A stretch of 64,000 nt of DNA from Centroscyllium fabricii (Eukaryota): contig JBNRSN020000012.1 of assembly GCA_051313645.2 (NCBI GenBank), positions 58,528,001-58,592,000 on the forward strand. The letters run 5' to 3'. The position numbers and the translations under genes were made by a program. Shown piece after piece: positions 61,338 through 64,000 of this stretch; positions within the stretch are counted from its first letter, which is position 1, and the number at the start of each line of letters is the position of its first letter. The notes below the pieces were generated by a model. That model worked only from the letters and a program-made list of their open reading frames with translations, made no database searches and was not told the origin of the DNA.

Positions 61338-63827
61338 TCAACTGTCTAGAGACTGCAAGTGATGGGCACCTCACCCAAGAAACACTGTAACAGCACAATA
61401 GAATATGCTCCAAGTTGGTCTCCATGGTGATCACATTTATCACTCTCTTTAGCATCTGCATGATGACTTTCTGACTTTTCAGTTCCATCAGCCAGTTGCT
61501 AAACATGACTTTTTTGATCCCTCTATTCTGTTACTTTTCCAAAAAGGCAGCACTCCATTTGTTTTCCAACTTGGGTACCATGATCCAAATAGTTTTCATA
61601 GTAGCATTTAAAATGGTGATACATTGCACAGAGTAGATTTACTAACAGGCCTAGGAACTAGATCAAGAGATCTCCCTTCATAACTCTAATCTAGTGAGTA
61701 GCTCGACTATATGCATTGGATTTCTAATTTGACATAGCTCAATGTTTGCCTTGTGGCCAATAAGGTATGATTTAGCTTGAATAGTCAGCACAATCTGAGA
61801 CATAAATAGGAATAAGAAATTCACAATAAAGTTACACATAATACTCAGTATAATTTTACTTGATTTCCAGACATAAGTAGGAGTAAGAAATTCACAAACA
61901 GCAGCAGAATTTCCCACGGTGTGAGAAAAATATTCTTTTAATGTTGCCTGTTCTCTGTCTGGTAGGAAATACTATGAGAAGTTGCACAAGTGCATGAAAA
62001 TCTAGTCAGCAGCTTTTTTTTGTATAGGAATGGTATATTTCACCGGTAGCTGAACCCCACTGAATACTGTAAAGGGAATGTTACATGGTGTTTCTAGAAG
62101 ATCATTTCTAGAAATTATACTGTACTCTTAAATGGATCAGTACTGTATGAATTGTTCCAGGTTTGGTTACAGGGTTTCCTTTGTCCTGGCTATATATTTT
62201 TAAGCACTGTTACATAGGTTTTCCTTTCTGTTGGCTTCATGTATGCATTTTTATAATCTATCTAAATGGTTTAATTGTGCTTCTAGAATTGACACTTAAT
62301 ATTTGTTAGATTATGTTCATGCAGTATACATATGTATCTATTTATTCATAGCACACAAGTATGATAATACAACCACTAAATAACCCCTGGTTGCTCAGCT
62401 GTACTTGAGTCATGTAGTGAATAGCACTTTATCATGAAGTAGCATTGATAATGCTGTCAGTCAACTTTGTGACATCAGAAAGAAACGTAACTGTCTGTAG
62501 TGTAGGCTTTCTACATGAATTATAGTACCTTCCACTACATTCTTAATTTATGTGTCTACATTTTTATGAATAGTATAAACTGAATACAGTGAGAAATAGT
62601 GGGATACAGAGTTCATGTCAGTTTTAATTGAGCACTTATCCATCCTTTTATGACTTAAATTAGTTGTGGGTTATGACTTGAAAGGTGTCCTTGTGGAATA
62701 AATTGTGCACCCACTGTTTCTCATGGTGTAATTAATCTCTATTTAAACTTAAATGTACACTTGTAATAATTATAAACCTAAAATGTTCAAACTTGCATAT
62801 GATTGAATTATTCTTGTAATCCACCTTTAAACAATTTGGATGCTAGCACCAAACTTTTGTCGTGATCTTTGCCAAAGTGATTTATTTTAACATTTCAATG
62901 TGTTTTTCTTTACTTTAAGCTTGGGATAGCTTTTAAGTGCAGCATAGGTAGCCAGCAGAAGGAAGTTCTGTTTTTTTTTATTTATGACTTGAACAGATGG
63001 AGTTTTGCCTGCACTTTCCTTTTTCTATGTAAATACATTCCATGTGTTCTAGTTTTTATGTAAAACAGTTCACATTCCTCTTCGAGTACAGCTGTGTTTC
63101 AAATTATTGTGTTTTTATTTTGTGTTATGCTGTATATGGTTTTATGATTTTGTTACCAAATGTTGATCACCTTGTTACTTGTGTTTTCATTTTTGTCATT
63201 TCAAGTCCACTAACCAATATCTGATTGATTGTTAGAAACCAGTTGACCTTTAAAAAAGTTACTTTGATCTGAGGTGGAAATGGTCAGGACCAGGTTAAAA
63301 TCTTTCACATTGACTTTGAAGTGAACTGAGCTGTACAAACCCACTTCAGTTACAGTAGTTTTCACCAGCCATGTTTCTCCTCTTCAAAACCCGCTGAGCA
63401 GAAAAGTGCATCATTCTTGTTCACAGATACTATCTGGAACAACTTGAATTATGCCTTACTGGGACAGCAGCCGTTTGTTTGTGGGCTTGATTCCAACGCA
63501 GAAACACTAACTTTAAAGCCAGACTCAGTGAGGTTATATCATCTTTTCGAGATGTTTCTTTTTATTTGAAAGGGCAGACAGGGGTAAGTAACAGTGAGGA
63601 GTAGAGTGACTTTTAAAATGGATTTTCGATTAGCAGTCATCATAGGAAAGCATTATTTGGGCTCTATTCTCTGATTATGTTACAGTGAGCTGGAGGTGCG
63701 GGGTGGGGTTCATTTTTGATGAGCAAATAGAATTTTGCCTGCCACATTTCAAAAGGATCCGCTGGATTGCAGCAGTTAGAGAGCAGCACTGAAGCAGCAA
63801 CGTTGCAGCTGCTGACAGTTACTTGTA

Positions 63828-64000
63828 CAGGTCTGACACCGTTAATCCGGCACCATCGGGACCAGGCCGGTGCCGGACTAGTGAAAAATCCGAACGACTG
63901 AAGCTTTGGCGAACACATGCACAGACCATTCAAAATGGCCACCGCGCATGCACAGGCCATTCAAAATGGCCACCACGCATGTGCAAACCATTCAAAATGG
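63828..64000. mobile_element. MITE subfamily B (reverse orientation, cut by window end) with 31-bp repeat
   Basis: TA|CAGGTCTGACACCGTTAATCCGGCAC; repeat unit CCATTCAAAATGGCCACCGCGCATGCACAGG. Confidence 0.85.

Overview
This is eukaryotic (vertebrate) DNA, most likely a cartilaginous fish, inferred from the HE1-type V-SINEs, CR1 tails and Penelope repeats. The + strand carries the 3' two-thirds of LRCH3 (leucine-rich repeat and calponin homology domain protein 3): 15 phase-compatible internal coding exons between 504 and 49412, then two alternative terminal exons (57202-57408 with a transmembrane tail; 61230-61337 soluble). The introns are dense with nested mobile elements: a full-length CR1 with two open ORFs, nested CR1 fragments, a degraded RTE-X-like LINE, Penelope fragments with hammerhead cores, three solo LTRs, V-SINEs, a 5S-derived SINE and non-autonomous DNA transposons. 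Most unusual: (1) seven TA-flanked CAGGT...ACCTG MITEs with a shared scaffold bearing NRF1-like (six copies) and YY1-like (four copies) motifs but different GC-rich cores, mostly distinct minisatellites; (2) a 5S rRNA-headed SINE with an (AAG)n tail; (3) a TAA stop just before an in-frame S-T-V-stop PDZ-type tail; (4) a CAGGG-ended transposon with a 5-bp TSD. Family assignments come from recalled motifs; no searches were run.
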